A stretch of 64,000 bases of DNA, from NCBI GenBank assembly GCA_951406725.2, contig OX597817.1:122078001-122142000 (forward strand), read 5' to 3'. A model generated the notes under the pieces. It was not told the DNA's origin, did no database searches, and worked only from the letters and a program-made list of their open reading frames with translations. Position 1 is the stretch's first letter; every line of letters begins with the position of its first letter. This document shows, piece by piece, positions 40,660-55,034 of this stretch. The DNA comes from Octopus vulgaris. Its lineage: Eukaryota. A program made the position numbers and the translations under genes.

Positions 40660-40842
40660 GTATACGTCAGGCTTTCATTTTTCGTCAATCAAATCCAATC
40701 ACACGATCGGCCCGAGGCTATAGTAATAGACGTCCAAGACGTATTGAGGATGACTCCCGAACCATGTGGTTGGGAAATTGCGAAGCGCACACCCACGACT
40801 ACCCATGTATGTATATATATATATGTATACAGCCACGCCTCT
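40660..40842 (-). mobile_element. Decayed 5' half of SINE family B
   Basis: AATCCAATCACACGATCGGCCCGAGGCTATAGTAATAGAC...CCGAACCATGTGGTTGGGAA. Confidence 0.7.
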
Positions 40843-40871
40843 ACTATATATATATATATATATATATAAGG

Positions 40872-41661
<790 letters not shown>

Positions 41662-41668
41662 AGGGGAG

Positions 41669-41708
<40 letters not shown>

Positions 41709-42147
41709 TGAGAGAGAGAGGAAAATGATGGATCGATTGACTTCGGTTGAGGTTTCACTCAGCCTATATACCTGGAAACCACTCTCTTTACGGTCAACTC
41801 GGTGTATTGATGCATTAAAACCTATGCCTTGAATAATATTCATGCGCGCTTAGACTCACACAAATATATATTTATACATATATCTGTGTGAGCTTCTACG
41901 GCTTTCTTTGGATTCCTAAGCTTCTCATCTTTTCTATGTCCAAATATAGTATATGTTTAAGAATCCTATGCAATTTAATCTTTCCGATCATAGTCACTTG
42001 GATTACATTTCTCTGGAACTTTGAATCGTTTCAAGAATTCCAACCAATATATTGTTTAATCTCTGTAACTTGAATGGAAAAAATAAAATTATTTACGTCT
42101 GTTTATGTACGATTATCTTTGCCCCGATATAAATATATATATATATA

Positions 42148-42417
42148 TAGGGAGAGTTTACGAAAAAAAACAAAAGACGAAGACAGGTGGTGTACAAAAC
42201 AAACAGATGAAATAGTATAACGCTCAGGAATAGAAAAAGTCTTTTATGTTTCGAGCCTACGCTCTTCTACAGAAAGGGACTCAGAAAAAACAAGGAGAGA
42301 AATAAGGTGAGAAAAAAATGTGTGTAGTGGCTAACGGCCTATCATGGCGACACATATACACATACATACATACATACATACATGCACACACACACACGGG
42401 CGTGCACACACACACAT

Positions 42418-42449
<32 letters not shown>

Positions 42450-44050
42450 CTGGAATTTACGAAAAACAAAAGACGAAGACAGGTGTATAAACGACAGATA
42501 TATTAGTTTAACGCTCGGCAAGGTGAGTCTACGCTCTTCAACAGAAAGGAACACGATGAAATAAACAGAAAGAGAACAGAAAAGCTTTAGGGGCTAGCGC
42601 TCAATCATGGCGACTGGCTGAACAGAAGTAGATAGACAGGAGAGCTAGGAAGAAGGGGTGTAAATAAAATATTGGTGATCCCAAAACGGGAGTGTGCGTT
42701 CGAAGATATGTGAGAGCTTGTATGGATAGGGGCTAGTGACCTTCACGTGTGGATGTGTGCATCTGAAATGTCTGGGTGTGTGGATGATGGTGTGGGTGCT
42801 GGTAAGTGGTCAGTGCTAGTGTATGAAGGGTGGTGTAATGTGGGAGGTGTGGTGTTGTGGTGGGAGGTGTGGTGTGGTGGTGTGTGGTGTGTTGTGGCAT
42901 GATGTGGTGTGTTGTGGTATGATGTGGTGTGTTGTGGCATGATGTGGTGTGGTGGTGTTGGGGTATAGCAGTGTTTGGGTGCGGTGATATGAGGGTGGGG
43001 TGTGGGGAATTGAGTGTAGAGTGTGACTTTGGGGTGAGGACGTGTGGGAGGGATGGTGTATGTGGGATCGGGATATGTTGCTGGTGAGGTGGGTGGTCCG
43101 GTGGGAAAGTGGGGTTGGGATGTCTTGGGATGGTGGGATTGTGATGTATAGAGGTGGGTTGTGGATGGAGGGTAACGATGAAGGGAGAAGCTGGGTAGGA
43201 ATGAAGAGAGAAAGTAGGTGTCAGGGCAAGAGAGGAGAAGTGGGTAGGAGTGAAGAGGAGAAGTAGGTGTGAGACGAAGAGAGGGGAAGAATCAGATGAA
43301 GAGGGAAGGGGAGATGAGCCCATGTGACGCAAAGGAGCGAAGAGAAAACATTAATTCTTGTTCACGGCGTAGGTGGGTGTCCGGATTGCCCCCTGTGCAA
43401 ACAAAATCCAAACACAGAGGTGTTGCAATGAATGACCGGTAGAGCGTAAATGGCGCGAGATTGGGCTGTCGCTGCCGATTCTAATATCTCCGAGGTGCTC
43501 TGCGAACCGGTCAGCCAAGTGGCGTCCCGTTTGACCGATATACAGAGAAGGACAGAAAAAGCAGGAGTTGCAGTAAATGACGTTGGTAGAAATGCATGTA
43601 AAGGAGTCAGTGATATAATAGGAACGATGATGGGTACCTGTGAGGATGGTAGTGTAGGAGAGGTAGGGGCAAGTGTGGCAGCGTGGGCGGCAGCAAGGGA
43701 AGGAGCCAGGTTGGGAGGTGGGGTTCGGGAGGGAAAACTGGACCAGCAGGTCAGGTTGTGGGCTCGTTTAAAGGAGTGGAGGGGTAGGTTGGGGAAGATG
43801 TGTGAAGTGGAGGGGTCAGAGTGGAGTCCCTGGAAGTCTCGGCGAATAGTGCGTTGGAGAGGCAGGGTGGAGGGGTTGTACGTGAGGGAAGACGGGTAAC
43901 GATGAGTCTCAAAGTCATGGTTGTCACTGAAGAGCCTTCACAGACGGAGGAATTTGGAGTAGGGAATGGAGAGCTTGGTGTGGGTAGGGTGGGAGGAGGA
44001 GAAGTTGAGGTACGAGTGTGAGTTGGTATGTTTGCAGTGGATGGAGACAC
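42148..44050 (-). mobile_element. 5'-truncated Neptune-type Penelope-like element: RT thumb, Zn-finger linker, GIY-YIG endonuclease, low-complexity 3' region and tandem pLTRs
   Basis: Minus strand HSYLNFSSSHPTHTKLSIPYSKFLRL / LTYNPSTLPLQRTIRRDFQGLHSDPSTSHIFPNLPLHSFKRAHNL / PGSFPCCRPRCHTCPY...FTCISTNVIYCNSCFFCPSLYIGQTGRHLADRFAEHLGDIR...SPISRH...REQELMFSLRSFASHGL (44050-43315, frameshifted). pLTR copies at 42450-42612 and 42148-42347. Confidence 0.92.
42240..42277 (-). ncRNA. Hammerhead-like motif with variant core CUGUAGA
   Basis: CCUUU-CUGUAGA-A-GAGC-guag-GCUC-GAAA-CAUA-AAAGA. Confidence 0.55.
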
Positions 44051-44149
44051 ATATGTAATTATGTATGTATGGATTGATGGATGTGTCTATGTATGTTTAC
44101 CTCTATGAATATGTGTATATATGTATGTGTATTTGGGTTCTGTTAACGT

Positions 44150-44330
44150 AGTAGTGTGAATAAAGGGAAGAGTATTCAATTCGTCAAGTAGATTAAATAT
44201 ATATTATCTTAGGCAGATGCAGTTGTTAACAATTCCTATCGCTTAAAGTTTCATGCTTCAGAAGCAATCATCAGTCGGTATAACAACGAAGAAATAGTTT
44301 AATCATGGTGTTGCTGATATACCACTTGAG
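44150..44330 (-). mobile_element. Probable pLTR of another PLE family with HHR-like core
   Basis: Minus strand CUGAUGA-u-UGCUU-cug-AAGCA-u-GAAA-CUUUA at 44243-44274; stem I is imperfect. Confidence 0.45.
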
Positions 44331-44497
44331 AATTACTTTCCGTCAAGAATCCGAATATATACATATACAAGAAGCTGAATACATGTACACATATAGACAT
44401 ACATTCTTACACACACACACACACACACACACATTGTGAGAAAGAGATAGCTTATACCGAACAATATATATGTAAATATTGGGCATGTATACGTAAA

Positions 44498-44574
<77 letters not shown>

Positions 44575-45794
44575 ATGTGTGTGTGTATGTGTGTGAGCGC
44601 GCATATGGGTGTGTGCATATGTATGTATATATGCATGTATATATATATATATGTATATGCATATATATATATATTTATATATATATATGTGTGTGTATAG
44701 ATATATATATAAATAGACATTTATAATGTGTGTGCATATGTATGTATATATATATATATATGCATGTATATATATACATATATATATGCATATAGATGCC
44801 TATATTTTTATTTATATATTTATATATACATATATATCTATGTGTGTGTATATATATATGCATATATATAAATATATAAATAAATATATATATGCATACA
44901 CAGTGTGGGAGGGGGAAATAGTTCATACAGAAAAATGCCCCTCCCCACCTTCTACTCACACATATTCACATACATCAATAGATGAAGTTATGCATACTTT
45001 CATATCTTTTTCATTTGCTGTTCCACTTTTTTCTCGTGTTTCCTTTATTAGTTTCGTAAATAATAAGAGGGGAAAAAATAATATTCCATTTCCTTTCAAT
45101 GCTTACTTAATTTGTTAATTACTACTTTGTTTGCAAGTTTTCTTCTGCATTTCTGATAAACTGTTTCTAGCCTCCAGTGTCGACAACGAAAGCTGTTCGA
45201 CACTTTAATGCTTTGGCAGTCAGTATGAGAAAAGCAAACGAAATTCTCTTTTAGTTTCTTTTATACTGAATGCGATGTATGAGAGAACGTGCGTTCTGGG
45301 GGGTTTTTTTCCCACTTTTTTTTTTATATTCCCTGCTAATATAGAATTAATACTTTCATCACTGGTAGAAGTCTGAAAATAAGATGCTGTGGAATGCCAC
45401 ATGCAGAAAGAAATCAAAGAAACAAAACAGGCAGAACAATCCCACAGATATTTAATTCATTTTCGCTCTCTTAATAATATTTTGCTACGCACACTAAGGA
45501 TAGCGGAATGTCATTCGTGAATTAAGCATGATAATGTTGATGAGAAGATTAAATTCATAAAGATAACGATAATGATGATGATCACGAGGACAACGCAAAT
45601 GATGGCAATCACAACGATGACGACGACGTCGAGGAGAAAAAGGACGTGGATGGTGCTGCTGCTGGTATTGTTGATGATGATGGTGGTAGTGGTGATAATG
45701 AATCCACTGCTGCTGCAGCTGCTGATGATGATGACGATGAGGATGACGATGACGGCAACGATAAAGATAGATAGTAAGAGTGGCTGTGTGGATA

Positions 45795-46195
45795 GGCGTA
45801 GGAGTGGCTGTGTTGTAAGTGACTTGCTTACCAACCACATTGCTCCGGGTTCAGTCCCACTGCGTGGCACCTTAGGTAAGGGCCGACCAAAGCCTTGTGA
45901 GTGGATTTCATAGACGGAAACTGAAAGAAGCCTGTCGTACATATGTATATATATGCATGTGTGTGTGTATATGTTTGTGTGTCTGTGTTTGTCCCCCACC
46001 CCCACCCCAACATCGCTTGACAACCGATGCTGGTGTGTTTACGTACCCGTAACATAGCGGTTCAGCAAAAGGAACCGATATAATAAGTACTAGGCTTACA
46101 AACAAAAAGTCCTGGTGTCGCTTTGCTCGACTAAAGGCGGTGCCCCAGCATGGACACAGTCAAATGACTGACACAAGTAAAAGAGTAAAAGAGTA
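45795..46195 (+). mobile_element. tRNA-SINE family B, near full length
   Basis: High similarity to 13035-13484, with a small internal deletion; GTAAAAGA tail. Confidence 0.92.
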
Positions 46196-46476
46196 ATGCT
46201 AATTATCAAAATTGGTTCCACAACATTTGCAAAATGTGCAGCAAGAAAACTGATGCTCTGACATTTTCGTTAGTAAAGTATCTTTAGCCAACATATGTGT
46301 CTACTGATTTGACGAAAAATACTAATACTAATAATCGTTTAGTCACACCAGTCCAAACCGTACTGACTAATAATTTAAACGACTGAGAACCTATAAGAGA
46401 ACGAAACATTGACTGAAACGTCAGTAGATCGTAATGTCTGACCGATACTGTATTACACTCAGTACAAGCATGAGAT

Positions 46477-46858
46477 GGAGGCGCACTGGCCCAGTGGTTA
46501 GGGCAGCGGACTCGCGGTCATAGGATCGCGGTTTCGATTCCCAGACCGGGCGTTGTGAGTGTTTATTGAGCGAAAACACCTAAAGCTCCACGAGGCTCCG
46601 GCAGGGATGGTGGTGATCCCTGCTGTACTTTTTCACCACAACTTTCTCTCACTCTTACTTCCTGTTTCTGTTGTACCTGTATTTCAAAGGGCCGGCCTTG
46701 TCACTCTCTGTGTCACGCTGAATATCCCCGAGAACTACGTTAAGGGTACACGTGTCTGTGGAGTGCTCAGCCACTTACACGTTAATTTCACGAGCAGGCT
46801 GTTCCGTTGATTCGGATCAACCGGAACCCTCGTCGTCGTAACCGACGGAGTGCTTCCA
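46477..46858 (+). mobile_element. tRNA(Arg-like) SINE, head A + tail Y
   Basis: First ~170 bp nearly identical to 12310-12480, followed by an unrelated 3' tail. Confidence 0.9.
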
Positions 46859-47019
46859 CCATATTTTCTCAGATCAAATCATTTGCTATGCAAGTACATC
46901 TCCGTAATTCCGAAAGCTTGAGCCAGGCTACCCAAACTCTAAGGACAACCGTTACTTGTTGCTTGAGAAGAATAACAGCTAAGCAACAGCTTCATTTCAT
47001 TAGACACTGCATCTCACTG

Positions 47020-47049
<30 letters not shown>

Positions 47050-47054
<5 letters not shown>

Positions 47055-47170
47055 CAAATCAAGTCTTGAATTTGTCTGAGAGTATAGTAGAAGACACTTG
47101 CGAAGGTGCCTACATCTGAACCTGAAACCATGTGTTCAGGAAGCAAGCATCTTATACTATAGTGCCACGA
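47050..47170 (-). mobile_element. Fragment of SINE family B
   Basis: TATAGTAGAAGACACTTGCGAAGGTGCC...GAAACCATGTG. Confidence 0.65.
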
Positions 47171-48396
47171 TATATATATATGAATATATATATTGTGTGT
47201 GTGTACTTGAAGTAGATATAACTCTTTACACTAAAGAATAGGACTGATATATAATTAACGAGTATAGCTTACAGTAATTACATTTATACGTCTGTTCAAT
47301 TAAAAGATATTGCGCTCAGTTCTTTCACTCCCAGCTTGCAATCAAATTTATCGCTCGTTCTTGTATTAAGCAGGTAAGCGGTAGCCATACACGTGACGCA
47401 CTACCCACACGCAGGCATTTGTCACCAAGTGGTTATCTTCTCTAATCTAAGAGGTTTCCTACGAAGAAGACTGCTATTTTGACTAGACAAAAGATTATAT
47501 CTAGTTCTATTGAATGCTAAAAGTACTGGCCGATATATATGATTTATATTTAGAGGTATTCATATATATTCAGATAGCTCAACTAAAGGATACATGTTTC
47601 ATTAAAGCGTTCAATAAGAACTGACTCGCGCCTATTCTAGCTGTTTGGCAGCAAATACAATTGATCTGTTTAATGAACGACATTTTCCCTAAAGCAATTT
47701 TTTTTATTCGCAATATAATAAATAGAAGCAATTTTCGCCCAGTGAACTAGATGGCACCATAGTCATTAAACTTTACAACTATCAGCAACGCTAACAGCTA
47801 CAAATTAACCAGAAGATACCGATTTCTCAATAGCAAGATTACAACCAATCAACGAGTCCATCTATATCATAACGGCAATTTCTCACCTTCTATTTTTCTA
47901 TTCGCTGAATAACGTTTCTTTCGTTGGCTAACAATACCAACTAAACTTCAGTAATATTATCATTTCAGAAATAACGTTGTAGAATTTTTATTTTTGTGTG
48001 CGTGAGCATTTCATTCGTTTCTTATTGTTATTTTATTATTATTTTTTTGTTATTGTTTTGGTTGTTGTTGTTGTTATTGTTGTTGTTGACGTTTTGTGTT
48101 TTCAGGTAAGAACAATATCAAATGTAATACGAATGCTGACCATCCAAGTTATCAGCGTTGTCAATAAAATCATGTCCAAAAAAAAAAAACAAAAAAAAAC
48201 TAATGAGACGACAAAATCAGTCGGCAACCGAGTTTATAAGGTATTGTAGCTTGATAACATTCGCAAATGAATTATTTTTCTTTTCAGAACAGTAAGTCAA
48301 TTAATAGTATGTGAGACCATGGACCGAACACATATTTACAAAAGGAAATTCTGGGTATTTTTGTGATGCAGCTAAAGAGAAAAGAATTTATATAGT

Positions 48397-48557
48397 TGCA
48401 GAGGTAACTGTGTGATAAGAAGTTTGCTTCACATCCACATGGTTCCGAGTTCAGTCCCACTGCGTGGCACCTTGGTCAAGTGTTTTCTACTATACCCTCG
48501 GGCCGACCAAAGCCTTGTGAGTGGATTTGGTAGTAGACGGAAACTGAAAGAAGCTCG

Positions 48558-48590
<33 letters not shown>

Positions 48591-48778
48591 GTGTCTACCT
48601 TGACAACCGGTGTTGGTGTGTCTATGTTCCCGTAACTTAGTGGTTCATTAACAGAGATCTATAAAATAAGTACTAGACTTTCAGAAATAGTACCGGGGTC
48701 GATACTTTCAACTATAAATTCTTCAAGACGGTGCCCCAGCATGGCCGCAGTCTAATGACTGAAAAAGATAAAAGATAA
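48397..48778 (+). mobile_element. tRNA-SINE family B
   Basis: GGTTCCGAGTTCAGTCCCACTGCGTGGCACCTTGG...CCCAGCATGGCCGCAGTCTAATGACTGAAA. Confidence 0.9.
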
Positions 48779-48875
48779 ATGTGTTTGCTAAGCATTTAAC
48801 TTGTAAAGAAAATTTTGTAAATTTCATGAGAAAGTAGGAACCAGAATGTGTGTGTGTGTATGTGAAAGAGAGAGT

Positions 48876-49152
48876 TGGGTCTTGGCCCAGTGGTAAAATT
48901 GTTGCACTTTCGATCGCAAGATTGGGGTTTCCATTCCAAAACAAGTGGCGCGTTGTGTTCTTGAACAAAACACTTCATTTCACGCTGCACCAGCTGCACT
49001 TAGCTGTAAATGTGTGACTCTGCGGTAGACTGGCTTTTTATTTAGGTTGGATGTGGGCCAGCTCGCCTAACCAGCAAAGTAGCATCTTTCGAAAGTTACA
49101 ACAACGCGAGGAAGCACATTGTGTGATTAGCACTGTATAACATCCGGTAGCA
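48876..49152 (+). mobile_element. CORE-type SINE head with decayed RTE-derived tail X
   Basis: TGGCCCAGTGG, CTTGAACAAAACACTTCATTTCACG; tail GGCCAGCTCGCCTAACCAGC...TTCGAAAGTTACAACAACGCGA..CACATTGTG aligns to 12491-12580. Confidence 0.72.
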
Positions 49153-49452
49153 ATGCCAGGCCAAGGACATCTGGAAATTATCCATGATAGTTTTCCACCG
49201 GAAAATCCTCCGGAACAGTCTAGCCAGTTCGTTCTCGTCGGCGCCTAGAGTCTCTTCGAAAACGCCACTAATCCTCTATAAATTTCTCAAGTGGAACATC
49301 CACCAATCCCATTGATCAACTGGTAGAGGCTGTGAGGGCTGACGACATTCTAGATACTAGACACCTAGTCACGGTTTGTTCTTCCCCCAAGACTGCAGCT
49401 CTGTCAAGGAGACGAGCTGCAGAAAGACGAGAATTTTATTAATAGGATTTCT

Positions 49453-49554
49453 CGTTGGACAAAAAAAAAATCATCGTACCAAAAGACGTCGGACCAAAAG
49501 ATGTGGACGAAAAGACGTTTGGCGAAGTGACGTCGGACAAAAAGACATAGCACC
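49453..49554. repeat. 15-bp tandem array GTCGGACsAAAAGAC ending in AGCACC; probable subterminal repeats of a DNA transposon end
   Basis: About five diverged units visible; the transposon interpretation is inference. Confidence 0.55.
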
Positions 49555-50676
49555 GTTTTTGTCGAAGTCAAAAATGCAGTAAATATTATTCACTGTTACC
49601 CCATCCCCACATATCACGGTTAGGAAAACAAAAAACGCATGCGCACGCGAGAGTGAAAGTGAAAGATGAAGCTCATATACGCGCGCGTCTGCGCGCGCGC
49701 ATGTGTGTGTGGATTTAGGCGTGATTGAATGGTTAAATGTTTTTAACCAAATCTGAAATCTTAGGTTCGATCCATATTCGTAGAATTTTAGGTAACTGTC
49801 TTTTAACATAATCTCCCTTCTTCCTAAGCCTTTTGAACAGTTTGCCGTATGGACTGTACTTATAATTCAAGCATCCAGCCTTATTTCACACATGTCCACA
49901 GAGTTTCACCAACAAAGACCCCTGTCCGACCAGAAACTGATCAGCGCAGTGTTTGTCATTTGTTCCACACTAGTCACTTAGTGGAAGGGTCAAGAAGGTA
50001 AGCTAAAAGAAGTCTCGTTGTTGTTCAGCCTCAGATCATCTCATTTTTGGTTTTCAGATATATTTTATCAAGGTCCAGATGATGATACTTAAGCTTACTT
50101 TTTCAAGATGATTGGGTGTGGTATTAAGCCAAATTGACTGCTATTTCGAGTTGGTCGAGCGACTACTTCTCGGCTTCTTCACTGCTTCCCTTCGAAAAGA
50201 TTATTGTGTATGTATGTATGTATGTATGTATGTATGTATGTATAAGTATATTGTGCATACATGTATATGTTTATTGTGTATGTGTGTATGTATAAGTTTA
50301 TCGTGTATGTGTGTACGTATAAGCTTATTGTATATGTATGTATGTATGTATGTATGTATCTATGTGCATTATGTACGTAGTCCTTCATTATAGATTTGTA
50401 CCCAACGTAAGAAAGGAATTTTATCTGCATGATTTTTTGTGAAAGGATAATGATTATTTCGGAGAAGCAAACCCATATTCATTGTGTGTGTGTGTGTGTG
50501 TGTGTATGTGCATGCGTGCATGCGCCTATAGTGTAATATAGAGTTGGAAAGAAAAAGTCGATAGATATAGTAAAGAGCTGAAGTTTACTAAGTTGATTGC
50601 ACTAATTCTATGCGAAGAAACCTGTTTTCTCTCATCCCCTTTCCTGTTTTATTTATTTAATCCCTCCCTCCTTTTT

Positions 50677-50712
<36 letters not shown>

Positions 50713-53700
50713 ACTCTGTCACTCTATCTATCTATCTTTCTATCTAAGTTTTCTTTGCATCTTTGTTCCTTCGTCGCTTTATGATAAATACTTATTAAAG
50801 TGAAAATCGAGAATCGCTTGAAACAACTTTTAAAACCTCAAATCAGGAAAACTGTTATCTGAGATATAATCATTACATTAATAGTCTTTCTTTGTTAAAA
50901 TATTGAAAGAATTTCCCAACAAAACAAATAAAATTTTGAATTATATAAGAAAAATATGTAATAAAATTAAAATGGTAAAAGAGTTTATAGAAGGGGTAGG
51001 TATAGAATACACACCAAACAGACGGAAGGTGAAACTGTAGATGAAGTACAGAAGAGAAAAGAAATACAAAAGATAACAGGTGTCTGTTGAGCGAAAATTT
51101 GAGGAAAATGTATGTGGGAGAATGCCAAAAAGAGGTGGTGGAAATGAAAGAAAAGGAGAAAGCATAATGTTTTCATACAATAACGCTCGCATTGAAGCGA
51201 ACGTCTATTTTCTTATCTTGTTAGGATTTATATAGTTTTAATGAGGAATACATGTTTTACATCATCTGGCGATGTTTGAATAGTCTAAATAGATTTTATG
51301 TTGTAATTTTTTGGCAATAAACCTCAGTAAATACGCAATTAAAGCCATACGAGACGTCGTTTGTAATATTTAAATAAGGTTTTTATCCTAAATTTTGCTG
51401 TTCGAGTTCACTTTCTTTGAAAACTTCAAAACAAAATTGCTACTATCGACAAAAATCTGAAAAGACATTATATACGAGTAATTTATCATCAAAGATATTT
51501 TTATCCGAGACAACAATCTAAACATACATGAAAGCGAATAAAATGCTTAGTTTTGTGTACACACCTAGAATGGTGGAGTTATAGAAATGGTAATATATCA
51601 CACTAAATGGCTCGCATATAATGTTATATCTCATTATGTTATGTGTTAAAATCCTAGCGAGGTCGATAAAATAAGTGCAGGTAATGTACTGAGTCGAATT
51701 AATCGATTATAGATAGTCCTTCATTATAAAATTGTCCCAACGTAAGAAAGAAATTTTATGTGCACGATTGATTTGTGAAAGGATATTAATAACAATTTCC
51801 AACAGGCAAAACCATAGTTAGAGCAGTTTTCTGGGGGGTTTTTTTCGTTTTTTTTTTTTTGCGTGTGTTTATGATTAGTAATTGTTTCACCTTTCATGTG
51901 ATTAGCTGTCGAAAGACTATCTCACGTAAAACAATTTTCATGCTAGATTTCCAAACTTGAGTGCAATGGAAATGCAGAAATTACTTCAAAAGCAACAAAG
52001 AGTCATTTCAATAAGGAAATGATCATTTGACTGATTGGTATAGTATCACTCACAGATACTCTCTAGTCCCTGACCCTAAGGGGTACGGTTTCCTCTTCCT
52101 CTGCTTTTTGCACTACTACTACAATAGTTTCTGATCATTGTTCTAGATAGAGTTCATGGCACCTCTACGCAAACATTACCAGTTTATTCTTTTCATCTTC
52201 TATCACTCATATTGTACCCAACCTCCAGATTCTGTACTAACTACAAGCGTCCTCGTTTCCCAGAACATCGGACCTTGCGAGCTGCCCTGCTATTTAAATC
52301 TTCCCACAAGTAGTGCTTTGTTGTGTTTCAAGAACATTAATGGCATCACTCCCATTGGTGTTGAAAGTGTTTTGAATGTTATGAACACTTTTCCTTTCTC
52401 CACACCAGCAACAACAAAAAGATGTGCGTACAAAATGTTTCTTTTTGGATCACAGCTACACAGTTTTGATCTCTTGTGGACATCACTTAACCACATCTGC
52501 ATGCAAACAGTTGTAAGAAGGAAGGAATAACTGTCACACATTCTCATTTCCCAGCTTTTTTTAAAATGTAATCAAATGACAATAATCCTGCTGAATATCG
52601 CAGCCAGGTGAATTATACGGCTACAAGTCTATCGATTGACAGATTAATAACATGTATCAACTATGACGCTGCTTTGTCTCACAGCAAGTCACTAAAATTC
52701 TCGTAAATTAATTTGCCAAACTCCAAAGAAATACCATGCAATGATACACAGTATAGTCTAATACATGAGTATCCCATTGGCCCATATTCATCCTGTTAAA
52801 TTCTTCATTGTTATTGGATAAAACAACATCTTATTTAGTTATCTAGTCTCTGGTCAGAAACAAAGAAACAATCCGACGACCAAAGACATTCCACTCGTGG
52901 CCATCATGTCTTTTAGTACTTTATTCAATCAACTTAAGACAACTTTATCCAACGTGTTTTATGTAATATTTAAGTTCAGTGGAGTACGATTTGAGAAGGA
53001 ATATGTAGCCATTTCTAACAAATCGAGCGACTGTAATGAAGGTCCCTCATAAACTCATATTTCATTTAGTGTATCCTTGTGGAAGAAATGTTACTTCGTT
53101 TACAGCGATAGCGTTTAAGTTGTCAGTGTTGAATTACTATGATTCAACTCTGCGAATATAATTATATATAACCTATAATAGTTACTTGGTGGATATAGTA
53201 ATTAAACAGATAATTGTAAGGAGTGTTTTTGCAACGGTCAACCCAATGAAGCAAAGCTGGTGTTAAACCCTGACAAGACAAAATTTATTCTATTTAGCAA
53301 TATTATATTAAAGGCGTTGCATGAAATGTATGTTACATGTGCATTAGATTTACAAAGTTCTTAAATGAATTGTGTTATAAGTGTGAAGTTAGTCTTAAGA
53401 AAGCCATTGTATCATCAGTGCGCCGCTGAATAGTTGAGAAATATATTTAGATTAAGCCAGTCTGCCGGAGTCATTTGAGGTTTGAATTTGACACAGCAAA
53501 CGCAAGTATTATCACTTAGGCACATTTTTTCGTAGCTAGACTTACATCAGGTAAATAGTCGGAATACAGGTTGCGTGTTTCTCATAGATTTCTTTAATAG
53601 ATGAACAATGGAGTTTGTTTCGTAAGAGTAAATTCTAATACACAAACATGAACTCGGGCACCGTTAAACTTTTTGTTTATTATCGGCTCTCAACAATGTA

Positions 53701-55034
53701 TAATATGCGAATAGGCATGAAGTAATCTCATTGATTGGCAGACGTAGTTGCATGAGAAACAATTATTGATATGAAAACTAGTAATGAAACAGGAAGCGTA
53801 AGTCTGAAACGTAATGAATAGACTAGTGTATTCTATTCCAAAGAAGTGTTTGTCATTATTCTAGGTTCATCTGCCTTGCACTTTTACATTTGCTTGTTTC
53901 TGCAGAGTTTAACGTCGAAAGGAAAGAAGAGAAAAAAAAAAACGACTGACGATCGATAAACAACGAGAAAACTCTACTAAAATTTGTATCGGAAACCAGC
54001 CAATACAGCAATATTTGGTTTTGTAGTGCAAGATAACTTTTGGAATTTCTTTCTATAGATCCTACAGTCTTCTACTTGTTTGCTTCCTTTGGAAAAGTTG
54101 CAAATATCTATAATAGAAATCCGGAGAATTCGTGAGCGTGCTAACCTTATCATAGCGATTGGCTTCAATTCTATAAGTTGAAAACCGATAGTTGGCTGAG
54201 CAGAATAACACCAACATGTAAATGTAAATAAATAGCTGAAAAAAAAATGTCTGAATAAAACAAAATTTGACTGAAAAGATTTTTGCTTCGAAGTACAAAA
54301 GTCATCAGTTTTCAATAGAAAGTAGTGTTTTTGGTTTACGTCTTTTTTAACTGCAAATTATATTTTTTTAAGTCTTCCACATAATACTAGAAGCACAATT
54401 ATAGAATAAACTGCAAATATCTACGGGGTACGATATAAACAGAGCATGAAACCATTATCACCGACTAAATGACACAGCACTTTCTTTTAAGGATAAATTT
54501 AATTTCTAATTACTAAGAGCAATAAGCGGCTTTGTATATACAAGTATTTAGCCGGCTATACAGCGTGTGATGTAGAATATTACATATTGTTTTTGATTGT
54601 TGTCTATCCCCTGATCAGATATGATCGAATGAAGGCATTGCCTCGATTTATAACTTGCTCGTGATGCAGCATGTGATTAAGATTCGCAAATCATGGGATT
54701 TGTATACTGGTTGAAATATTAACAAAAACAGAGCGAAACATTAACTAGAAAAGTAATGAACAAAAGTTCACTGCGAAGAAGAGGAAGCGATATGAACATT
54801 TAAGACATCTGAGTTCTTCAAAATGCATGAAAGAACAAAACAGGGAGAAAAATTTAAAGGAAAACAAAAAAGCAAGTTCGATTCCCAGAAGCGATACATG
54901 TTATAAAATGGATAGGATATAAGTAGAGAAGTTGGAGTCTAGCCGAGAAGAACGGACATGTGCTAAAGGAAATAAGCGTGAGAACAAGGTTTTGAAGTGT
55001 GTGCCTCTGTGTTTGAGAGAAAAAGCGAGAGGAG

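Noticed and set aside
42733-43332. 199-aa His/Pro/Thr-rich ORF
   Set aside because: Low-complexity 3' region of the Neptune-type PLE, lying between the endonuclease and the pLTR.
43450-43899. 149-aa + strand ORF
   Set aside because: Antisense shadow of the PLE GIY-YIG coding region.
49453-49554. CRISPR-like repeat
   Set aside because: Contiguous tandem units without spacers, in a eukaryotic context with no cas genes.
52156-52547. Overlapping ORFs; faint gag Zn-knuckle/protease resemblance on the minus strand
   Set aside because: CCHC and DTG motifs are not actually intact; too degraded to call.
53946-53980. CTGACGA-TCG...CGA-GAAA hammerhead-like match
   Set aside because: No stem I or stem III pairing; likely chance. 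Similar hits at 5643, 6421 and ~23950 were rejected for the same reason.
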